From a virus: DNA of 64,000 bases. Below, in pieces: positions 52,123 to 58,774 of this stretch. Position 1 is the stretch's first letter; every line of letters starts with the position of its first letter. The position numbers and the translations under genes were made by a program. The notes under the pieces are model-generated. The model saw only the letters and a list, made by a program, of their open reading frames with translations, was not told the DNA's origin and did no database searches. Location of the stretch: IMG/VR virus record IMGVR_UViG_3300049460_000371, positions 23,354 to 87,353 of that record; one strand, 5' to 3'.

Positions 52123-53025
52123 GTGAAGAAAATCATTCTGATGGCAATGCTGGCCCCGTCGATTGGCGGTGCCGCCCAAGCTGGCGATATCGGTATCGCA
52201 TCCGGTGCGCCGACTGGCACCAACTACCCGATGGGTGAAGACATCGTGCGCGTCTGCTCGACGCCAAAGACCCAGATCCACAACGTGGAATCCGAGGGCT
52301 TCCTGGACAACATCTTCAAGATCTACAACGACAAGAACACCCAGTACGGCATGGTGACCGCTGACGCGGCCGTCTACCAGCAGGGCATCGACCCGAAGAT
52401 GATGGATCGCATCGTGATGATCTTCCCGTTCTTCTCGGCCGACATGCACCTGATCGTGCGTGAAGATTCGCCATACAACACCCTGGCCGATCTGCAAGGG
52501 CGTCGCGTCGTCGAAGGCCCAGAAGGCTCCGGTACCTGGGTCTCCGTGCAAGTGATCAAGAGCCTGACCGGCATGACCTGGAACGGGCAGGTGGCGTCGC
52601 AGAAGGAAGGCCTGAATGCGGTGCTGACCGGCAAAGCCGATGCTGAATGGGTCGTCGCTGGCTACCCGGTCGACATGCTGGCCAAGCTGCCGAAAGGCGT
52701 TCGCCTGATCTCGGTCACGCATCCTAAGCTGGACAGCTTCAAGATGTACACCCGCACCATGATCTCGAGTGGTTCGTATCCGTTCCAGAAAAAGTCGGTG
52801 ACCACCTACAAAGTGGATTCGTTCCTGGCGACTTACGCTTATAAAAACCAGTACCAGCAAGAGATCGGCGACCTCGTGACCTGCATCACGAAGAACATCG
52901 ACGTCCTGCGCAAGACCGGCCACGCCAAGTGGAAAGACGTTGACCCGCTCGACATCAACCGCATCCAGTGGCAAGCTCACCCTGCGGCTGTTGCTGCAAT
53001 CAAGCGTGCAAGCGGCGGCAAGTAA
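52123..53025 (+). CDS. TAXI family TRAP transporter solute receptor
   Basis: IASGAPTGTNYPMG, ESEG..DN, HLIVREDS..DLQGRRV..GPEGSGT. Confidence 0.85.
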   Translation: MKKIILMAMLAPSIGGAAQAGDIGIASGAPTGTNYPMGEDIVRVCSTPKTQIHNVESEGFLDNIFKIYNDKNTQYGMVTADAAVYQQGIDPKMMDRIVMIFPFFSADMHLIVREDSPYNTLADLQGRRVVEGPEGSGTWVSVQVIKSLTGMTWNGQVASQKEGLNAVLTGKADAEWVVAGYPVDMLAKLPKGVRLISVTHPKLDSFKMYTRTMISSGSYPFQKKSVTTYKVDSFLATYAYKNQYQQEIGDLVTCITKNIDVLRKTGHAKWKDVDPLDINRIQWQAHPAAVAAIKRASGGK

Positions 53026-53087
53026 AACGTGACGTAATCATCCAAACCAGACCCTCGTGGTCTGGTTTTTTACTTTAGGGGATATAC

Positions 53088-53453
53088 ATGAGTACCACTA
53101 TGATCTCGACCGGCCACATCGCTGTGCTGGTTACTCCTGCTAGCCGTAAACTGATGGAAGAACTGTCCGAAAAGCGGTATGACGACAAGTCCATCCTGGA
53201 AATCAATGATGAAGGGACGCTGCTGATCTCCGACATCAACCTTCGCCTGAAGTATTCCGAACGTGAATTCAACGGTGACCTGCTAGTTGTTGGCGGCTTA
53301 CCAGAAGCTGATCGGCAAGAGTTCATCGCCCTCGCGAAGGCCGAAGGGATCGACATAGACCCAGACAGTATCAAGCCATACACCTGCATCTGGTACAATG
53401 GTTCAGATTCGCCAGTGTCCATGATGAAGAAAGCTGCCTTCCTCGCAAAATAA
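53088..53453 (+). CDS. hypothetical protein
   Basis: WYNGSDSP motif. Confidence 0.55.
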   Translation: MSTTMISTGHIAVLVTPASRKLMEELSEKRYDDKSILEINDEGTLLISDINLRLKYSEREFNGDLLVVGGLPEADRQEFIALAKAEGIDIDPDSIKPYTCIWYNGSDSPVSMMKKAAFLAK

Positions 53454-53464
53454 CGGCACCCAAT

Positions 53465-53821
53465 ATGAAGTACCTCGCGATAATGCTGCTATGGGCGTCT
53501 GTGGCAAGCGCCCAAGACAAGCCCTGGCAGGTCGTTGAACCTGAAATGTCCAAGGCTCCGCCATCAGAGCTTGACAAAGCCTTGGCAAAATTTCCCCCAG
53601 TAAAGCCCATGGGCGAACAACCAGCCAGGAAGCCCAAAACCAAACCGCGCAAGATCAAACCTGAATGGGGCATGACGCGCTATCAGGTTTGGCACGATAC
53701 TGTTTGGGGTCGTCCAATCAAGACTCAACGCATAGTTGATGAGAACGGCACCTGGGATATGTGGACGTACAAGGATGGCGTGGTATGGTTCCTTGACGAT
53801 GCGTTGACCCAAACCGAATAA
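53465..53821 (+). CDS. exported protein
   Basis: signal peptide; GMTRYQV..WGRP motif. Confidence 0.55.
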   Translation: MKYLAIMLLWASVASAQDKPWQVVEPEMSKAPPSELDKALAKFPPVKPMGEQPARKPKTKPRKIKPEWGMTRYQVWHDTVWGRPIKTQRIVDENGTWDMWTYKDGVVWFLDDALTQTE

Positions 53822-54109
53822 TTCGCCGAAAAGATGAATATGAATACTGTTGCTCAAATTGAAAGTGCAATACGCGACGAATTGAAGACACTGCTGGCGC
53901 GTTATGATGCAACACTGTCTGTCACGGATGGTCGCATTATAGTAAACGTGGACGAGGTAAAGAGCGGGTTCGTCAACCATCCTGCACACGAGTTCTCTCT
54001 GGGGATGCTTGTATTGCCAGCCAGGGACGACGACAAATATCGTTAACCAGACCTTCTTATATTAGGCAAGTGATGTGGCAAAAAGATTTCAAAAGATTCA
54101 AAATAGTTA

Positions 54110-54138
54110 TTGACTTGCCACATTCAGGCCTGTAATAT
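54110..54138 (+). promoter_or_regulatory. sigma70 promoter of tRNA operon
   Basis: TTGACT-17bp-TAATAT with AT-rich UP region. Confidence 0.7.
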
Positions 54139-54306
54139 ACGATACATGCAGTAACGCAACGCAACAAGTAGGACAGTTTGTTCCACGAAATTGCGTCATT
54201 TTACTAAATAGATTAAACGACGCAACCTTGCGTCATAATTGTCTTGCAATAATGGGTGAATGATTTTATCCTTGTTGCAGACGCTAAATTTTAAGGAAAC
54301 CTAATC

Positions 54307-54408
54307 ATGTTCGCTACTTCTTATTCATATTGCTACTACGGATCGAGTTCAAGCTCGGTATCGTACGGCTATGAATCCGAAGAGGGTAGCATGGGAGGGA
54401 AAGTGTAA
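54307..54408 (+). CDS. attenuator leader peptide MFATSYSYCYYGSSSSSVSYGYESEEGSMGGKV
   Basis: AAGGA RBS; 25/33 codons are Ser/Tyr/Gly/Glu/Cys, matching the downstream tRNAs. Confidence 0.85.
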   Translation: MFATSYSYCYYGSSSSSVSYGYESEEGSMGGKV

Positions 54409-54441
54409 AGCGTCACAACGAACGTTTTATACCAACCCTCC
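54394..54441 (+). promoter_or_regulatory. antiterminator hairpin
   Basis: GGAGGG(54394-99)/CCCTCC(54436-41) and GTGTAAAGCGT(54403-13)/ACGTTTTATAC(54422-32). Confidence 0.8.
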
Positions 54442-54467
54442 GCAACGAAAGTTCCGGAGGGTTTTTT
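54434..54467 (+). terminator. attenuator intrinsic terminator
   Basis: AACCCTCCG-CAACGAAAGTTC-CGGAGGGTT-TTTT. Confidence 0.9.
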
Positions 54468-54479
54468 CATGCTTGGTTA

Positions 54480-54490
54480 GTTCTTTAACA
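54480..54490 (+). promoter_or_regulatory. Nus boxA antitermination element
   Basis: GTTCTTTAACA matches rrn boxA GYTCTTTAANA. Confidence 0.75.
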
Positions 54491-54503
54491 ATTTAATTCA
54501 CTA

Positions 54504-54580
54504 TATCCAGTTCGTCTAGCGACTAGGACACTTGGGCTTTCAACCCTTGGACGCGAGTTTGAGTCTCGTACTGGATACCA
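54504..54580 (+). tRNA. tRNA-Glu(TTC), divergent
   Basis: TATCCAG/CTGGATA, loop CTTTCAA, CCA; weak anticodon stem. Confidence 0.7.
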
Positions 54581-54615
54581 AAACATTACATCTTCACTTG
54601 AGGGTTTAACGTTTT

Positions 54616-54708
54616 GGAGAGTAGGGCAGATGGTGACGCAAGCGGTCTTGAAAACCGTCCCACTGGGGCCAACCCCCGGTGACTGTTCGATTCAGTTATT
54701 CTCCTCCA
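54616..54708 (+). tRNA. tRNA-Ser(TGA)
   Basis: loop CTTGAAA, long variable arm, CCA. Confidence 0.85.
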
Positions 54709-54713
54709 GATTT

Positions 54714-54807
54714 GGTGAGTTGGCCGAGTTGGTCGAAGGCACTTTCCTGCTAAGAAAGCAAGTGATCAAAAATCGCTTCGTGGGTTCGAATCCCACACTC
54801 GCCGCCA
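54714..54807 (+). tRNA. tRNA-Ser(GCT)
   Basis: loop CTGCTAA, long variable arm, CCA. Confidence 0.92.
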
Positions 54808-54823
54808 AGTTTTAGTAGTACAT

Positions 54824-54910
54824 GCGTTTATAGACTCCTAAGGAGAGAGCACCGGCTGTAACCCGGTTGGCTATAAGCCCCGCAAAGTTCGATACTTTGT
54901 AGACGCACCA
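54824..54910 (+). tRNA. tRNA-Tyr(GTA)
   Basis: ACCGG-CTGTAAC-CCGGT, variable arm, ACCA. Confidence 0.85.
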
Positions 54911-54917
54911 AGTTTTT

Positions 54918-55001
54918 GTTTCTATCGTCTAGTGGTTTAGGACGGCGTTGTGGGGCCGGACTCCATAGGCTACACAGGTTCGATTCCTGTTGGAAACACC
55001 A
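54918..55001 (+). tRNA. atypical tRNA-like RNA, anticodon unassignable
   Basis: acceptor, D and T arms and CCA intact; no 7-nt anticodon loop. Confidence 0.55.
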
Positions 55002-55027
55002 AGTTTTTTGTAGTAAGGTAGTACCAT

Positions 55028-55104
55028 GTTTCGTTCGTCTAGCTGGCCTAGGACATCAGCCTTTCACGCTGAGTACACGGGTTCGAATCCCGTACGAAAC
55101 GCCA
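55028..55104 (+). tRNA. tRNA-Glu(TTC)
   Basis: TCAGC-CTTTCAC-GCTGA, CCA. Confidence 0.92.
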
Positions 55105-55146
55105 GTGACACAAATGCACGCTAAATATCAACTTTGAGGGTTGATT

Positions 55147-55827
55147 ATGCAGCGGGCAAATAGAAGAAAGTATCATTACATATATCGAACCACGTGTGTG
55201 GTTACGGGGAAATACTACCTGGGTATGCACAGCACGGATGACCTGCAAGATGGTTATATGGGGTCAGGTAAGCGACTTGGTTATTCCATGCGAAAGTATG
55301 GAATCGAAAATCATGTATGTGAGATATTAGAGCATTACTTCACCAGAGAATGGTTGAGGGAGCGCGAAGCGGAGTTAGTATGTGCGGAAACGCTAACTGA
55401 TCCGATGTGTATGAATCTTAAACTTGGTGGTTTGGGTGGGTTTGATCATATCATTAATGATAATATTAAACATAAGGCAAGCTCGGCATTAGGTGGTAAG
55501 ATTGGTAGTGCGAGTAACTGGGCAAATATCAAAAACGATCCTGAAAAATTGAATTTGATTAAAATGGCTGCTGCTATTAGATTTAAACAAATGCACAAAG
55601 ATGGTAAAGCAGGACAGAATACATTTTTAGGCAAAACGCATACTGAAGAAAGTAAACGTAAAATGCGTGAGGCAAAGAATGAATATGGACTAGGTACCAA
55701 CAATAGTCAATATGGTACTTGCTGGGTTACCAATTTTGATATTAACTGTTCGAAAAAGATACAAAAAGAAGAACTAGAGATATATATCCGTAATGGATGG
55801 ATTGTTGGTAGAAAGATTAAATTTTAG
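55147..55827 (+). CDS. GIY-YIG (Seg-like) homing endonuclease within tRNA array
   Basis: YIYRTT..TGKYYLGMHST..DGYMGSG; NUMOD3 FLGKTHTEESKRKM. Confidence 0.88.
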   Translation: MQRANRRKYHYIYRTTCVVTGKYYLGMHSTDDLQDGYMGSGKRLGYSMRKYGIENHVCEILEHYFTREWLREREAELVCAETLTDPMCMNLKLGGLGGFDHIINDNIKHKASSALGGKIGSASNWANIKNDPEKLNLIKMAAAIRFKQMHKDGKAGQNTFLGKTHTEESKRKMREAKNEYGLGTNNSQYGTCWVTNFDINCSKKIQKEELEIYIRNGWIVGRKIKF

Positions 55828-55877
55828 GATGTAGGACTTTTTGTTGGTTGGCTGTGTGACAAAAAGCGTAAGATCAT

Positions 55878-55969
55878 GTATGAGTGGTGCGAGTGGTTGA
55901 AGCCGTCTGACTGTAAATCAGAACTCACCGAAAGGGGGCGCGTAGGTTCGAATCCTACCTTATACACCA
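55878..55969 (+). tRNA. tRNA-Tyr(GTA)
   Basis: TCTGA-CTGTAAA-TCAGA, ACCA. Confidence 0.9.
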
Positions 55970-55986
55970 AGTTTCAAGAAGTACAT

Positions 55987-56071
55987 GCGTGGGTGGCCGA
56001 GTGGTTGAAGGCGACGGACTGTAAATCCGTTCTCAAAAAGCGCGATGGTTCGAATCCATCCCTACGCACCA
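55987..56071 (+). tRNA. tRNA-Tyr(GTA)
   Basis: ACGGA-CTGTAAA-TCCGT, ACCA. Confidence 0.92.
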
Positions 56072-56180
56072 GTTTTGCTTGGCTAGTAGAGGAAAGTGTG
56101 TTTAATCGGGGCCGCGAGCCTTTACTCCTCCCGAAGAACGGACATGGTTCCGTCTTTACACAGTGCAGTTTTGTTTCAAT

Positions 56181-56255
56181 ATTCCGTTCGACTTCGGGTG
56201 AGGTCAGCAGCCTTTCACGCTGCGTAGGTGGGTTCGAGCCCCATACGGAATACCA
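56181..56255 (+). tRNA. tRNA-Glu(TTC)
   Basis: GCAGC-CTTTCAC-GCTGC, CCA. Confidence 0.88.
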
Positions 56256-56262
56256 AGTTTTA

Positions 56263-56346
56263 GGACAGATGGGTGAGTGGCTGAAGCCGACGGACTGTAA
56301 ATCCGTTCTTAATTGCGCGCTGGTTCGAATCCAGCTCTGTCCACCA
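56263..56346 (+). tRNA. tRNA-Tyr(GTA)
   Basis: ACGGA-CTGTAAA-TCCGT, ACCA. Confidence 0.92.
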
Positions 56347-56550
56347 AGACGTCGTAGCACGTCAGTGTATCGTCCAGTTGAGCGCTCGACTGTATGTGTG
56401 TTCTGGCCCCAGTGGGAGCATTGGGGGTCGACTAGGGTCGGCCAATATCGCGGGTAGCCAATCCAGCGTACGAATGGGAAAAGGGTTCCAGACCATGCTG
56501 GCCTTTTCGACGGTGTAAAAACCCATGGAGAGGGATAGAAATGTCCCTCA
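56347..56550 (+). ncRNA. candidate structured ncRNA between tRNAs
   Basis: series of GC-rich hairpins, no credible ORF. Confidence 0.45.
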
Positions 56551-56552
56551 CT

Positions 56553-56628
56553 GCGGATGTAGCTCAGTTGGTAGAGCATCTGGTTGCCAATCAGAAGGTC
56601 ACGGGTTCGAACCCCGTTATCCGCTCCA
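56553..56628 (+). tRNA. tRNA-Gly(GCC)
   Basis: loop TTGCCAA, TCCA. Confidence 0.93.
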
Positions 56629-56664
56629 AGATTTCAGGCGTTGAGCTGACGCCTTAGTAGTAAA

Positions 56665-56723
56665 GCCGGGCAGAGTCCAATAGGGGACAGAGCTCCGTGG
56701 TTCAACTCCACCGCCCGGCTCCT
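56665..56723 (+). ncRNA. tRNA-like RNA lacking anticodon arm
   Basis: GCCGGGC/GCCCGGC acceptor, GTCC/GGAC D-arm, GTGG-TTCAACT-CCAC T-arm. Confidence 0.55.
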
Positions 56724-56735
56724 AGTATGTTTTGA

Positions 56736-56820
56736 GCGGGATTAGCTCAGTGGTAGAGCACTTGACTTCCAATCAAGAGGCGAATAGTTCACACCGGTTC
56801 GAACCCGGTATCCCGCTCAA
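56736..56820 (+). tRNA. tRNA-Gly(TCC) with extended variable region
   Basis: CTTGA-CTTCCAA-TCAAG; ends TCAA. Confidence 0.85.
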
Positions 56821-56830
56821 AACATATTTC

Positions 56831-56914
56831 GGATGCGTAAAGCTGGTGGTTCCACGCAGATGGTCTGTAAAACCGTTCCTTCGGGGAGTAGTTCGATTCT
56901 ACACGCATCCACCA
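56831..56914 (+). tRNA. tRNA-Tyr(GTA)
   Basis: ATGGT-CTGTAAA-ACCGT, ACCA. Confidence 0.85.
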
Positions 56915-57011
56915 TTACTAGGAGTTGAAAATGAATACCATTCTGATGATTCGAGGGCGAGGTTGAAACTAATCAAGTTTTCAATCTAACCATCAATCAT
57001 CAGAGGACAAA

Positions 57012-57770
57012 ATGGAATTCATCTATAACTTTAACGCGCTGCCGTTTTTGAACGAACAAGAGCTGATACTTAAAGAGTATCTAACAAAAACTATAGCGCT
57101 TCAGGTCAAAGCGATCCTGAAGAAACAAAACAGAGCTTGGGACTTGGTGCAAATTGAAGCGCCATGTTTGATCCCAAGGGAGCATGTAAATGCCAACTAC
57201 ACAGATGCAGATCTGTGGGTGCAACAAAGTCAGAACCACGCTGAATTGGTTCTGAAGCCTGAAACAACTGCTTCGTCGTATTTGTACTTGGAGCATCTGT
57301 TACGGCACAACGAGGTAATGCCTCCGGTAGCTGTTTGGCAAGTGTCCAAGAGCTTCCGTCGTGAGCAGGATCAAACGACAAAGAACTGTCGTTTTAAAGA
57401 GTTCTATCAGCAAGAGTTTCAGTGCCTGTACTCAGCTGATACTAAGAATGATTATCAGGCGAGTGTAATCGAAGATCTGGCAGCAATGCTCATGCGTATT
57501 GTGTGTTTGCCCACCAGGATAGTGTTAAGTGATCGACTGCCTGACTACTCGTTGAAGACGATCGATATTGAGGTCTGGAACAACGAGAAGTGGATGGAAA
57601 TCTGTAGTGTGTCAACACGCAAGGATTTCACGTTCAAGCCGTCATTCAAGAACAAGCAAGTTGAATGTTTGGTGTTGGAGATTGCGATCGGCGTCGAACG
57701 TTTGATCTACAACATTAGCAAGCGTGAAAGCGTATTTGAAAATCTTCGGGTTGAGAATACGTTGAAGTAG
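57012..57770 (+). CDS. glycyl-tRNA synthetase-like class II aaRS catalytic domain (alpha2 type, truncated)
   Basis: LKPETT, QVSKSFRRE, RFKEFYQQEFQ, PDYS..TIDIE, EICSVSTRKDF, EIAIGVERL. Confidence 0.8.
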   Translation: MEFIYNFNALPFLNEQELILKEYLTKTIALQVKAILKKQNRAWDLVQIEAPCLIPREHVNANYTDADLWVQQSQNHAELVLKPETTASSYLYLEHLLRHNEVMPPVAVWQVSKSFRREQDQTTKNCRFKEFYQQEFQCLYSADTKNDYQASVIEDLAAMLMRIVCLPTRIVLSDRLPDYSLKTIDIEVWNNEKWMEICSVSTRKDFTFKPSFKNKQVECLVLEIAIGVERLIYNISKRESVFENLRVENTLK

Positions 57771-57799
57771 AAGTAACGGGGGCCTTGTGCCCCTTGAAT

Positions 57800-57891
57800 G
57801 GAAAATTGGCTGAGCGGTCTAAGGCAGCGTCTTGGAAAGGCGTCGATTCAGGTAACTGGGTCCATGGGTTCGAATCCCATATTTTCCTCCA
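57800..57891 (+). tRNA. tRNA-Ser(GGA)
   Basis: loop TTGGAAA, long variable arm, CCA. Confidence 0.9.
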
Positions 57892-57892
57892 T

Positions 57893-57979
57893 GGTGATGT
57901 GCCCGAGTGGTCGAAGGGGACGGATTGCAAACCCGTATGCGAAAGCGCGCCGTGAGTTCGAATCTCACTGTCACCTCCA
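57893..57979 (+). tRNA. tRNA-Cys(GCA) with long variable arm
   Basis: loop TTGCAAA, U73, CCA. Confidence 0.8.
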
Positions 57980-57995
57980 AGTTTGAGATATTTGC

Positions 57996-58080
57996 AGAAG
58001 ATTGGTCGAGTGGCCGATGACAGCTGATTGCTAATCAGTAGACTAGAAATGGTCCGAGGGTTCGAATCCCTCATCTTCTG
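57996..58080 (+). tRNA. tRNA-Ser(GCT)
   Basis: GCTGA-TTGCTAA-TCAGT, variable arm; no encoded CCA. Confidence 0.85.
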
Positions 58081-58099
58081 CAAATATTTTAAAGGTTAC

Positions 58100-58189
58100 G
58101 GCGGGTAGAGTATACGGTGTACAAGCAGCCTCGAAAACTGTTCCACTTGGTGATCCCAGGTGATGGTTCAATTCCATTACCCGCCTCCA
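58100..58189 (+). tRNA. tRNA-Ser(CGA)
   Basis: loop CTCGAAA, long variable arm, CCA. Confidence 0.8.
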
Positions 58190-58277
58190 GTATTAAACAT
58201 GGCACATCGTTATTGTGTTGCTTAATTGGTTAAGTGAATGTACTATATGAGGCAATGTTACCTCATAGGAGTATTAA

Positions 58278-58529
58278 ATGAAAACCGTAATTTGCAGCAT
58301 CTCGATGAAGATGCCCCACAAGGTTCCTGTGGAAAAATGCCAAGGCTCGTTGTCTGACGCACGTCATCTGTATGGTGAATACGCCTACTGGCATGGTAAC
58401 AACTCGAGCGGCTGGCATGCACTGCCAGTACCAGATGTTGAATACGTGACTTGCTTGGAACACAGTTTGAGCAAGTTTGTAGTTGAGGAAGACGAGGCGA
58501 AGCGCTTCGGTTTGACCTATAAAGTTTAA
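58278..58529 (+). CDS. hypothetical protein inside tRNA array
   Basis: AGGAG RBS. Confidence 0.55.
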   Translation: MKTVICSISMKMPHKVPVEKCQGSLSDARHLYGEYAYWHGNNSSGWHALPVPDVEYVTCLEHSLSKFVVEEDEAKRFGLTYKV

Positions 58530-58530
58530 T

Positions 58531-58607
58531 GCAGGTATAGCTCAGTCTGGTAGAGCGCAACGTTGCCAACGTTGAGGCCACGAGTTCGAACCTCGTTACC
58601 TGCTCCA
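58531..58607 (+). tRNA. tRNA-Gly(GCC)
   Basis: CAACG-TTGCCAA-CGTTG, TCCA. Confidence 0.93.
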
Positions 58608-58616
58608 AGTTTCAAA

Positions 58617-58693
58617 GTCTATGTCGTCTAGCGGCCTAGGACCCCTGATTCTCAGTCAGGACAACGTGGGTTCAAATCCCATCATAGACTCCA
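58617..58693 (+). tRNA. tRNA-Glu(CTC)
   Basis: CCTGA-TTCTCAG-TCAGG, CCA. Confidence 0.9.
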
Positions 58694-58700
58694 GTTTCAT

Positions 58701-58774
58701 GTAGGTTTAGCCAAGCGGCCCGGCATCGGATTGCAAACCCGACTAGACGAGTTCAACTCTCGTAACCTACTCCA
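58701..58774 (+). tRNA. tRNA-Cys(GCA)
   Basis: loop TTGCAAA, TCCA. Confidence 0.88.

Noticed and set aside
54504-54580. Reading this tRNA as an opal (TCA) suppressor for the RF UGA
   Set aside because: The GGG/CCC stem defines loop CTTTCAA, giving anticodon TTC (Glu); shifting the register breaks the pairing.
55876-56989. ORFs overlapping the tRNA array
   Set aside because: They are translations of tRNA sequence with no RBS or protein motifs.
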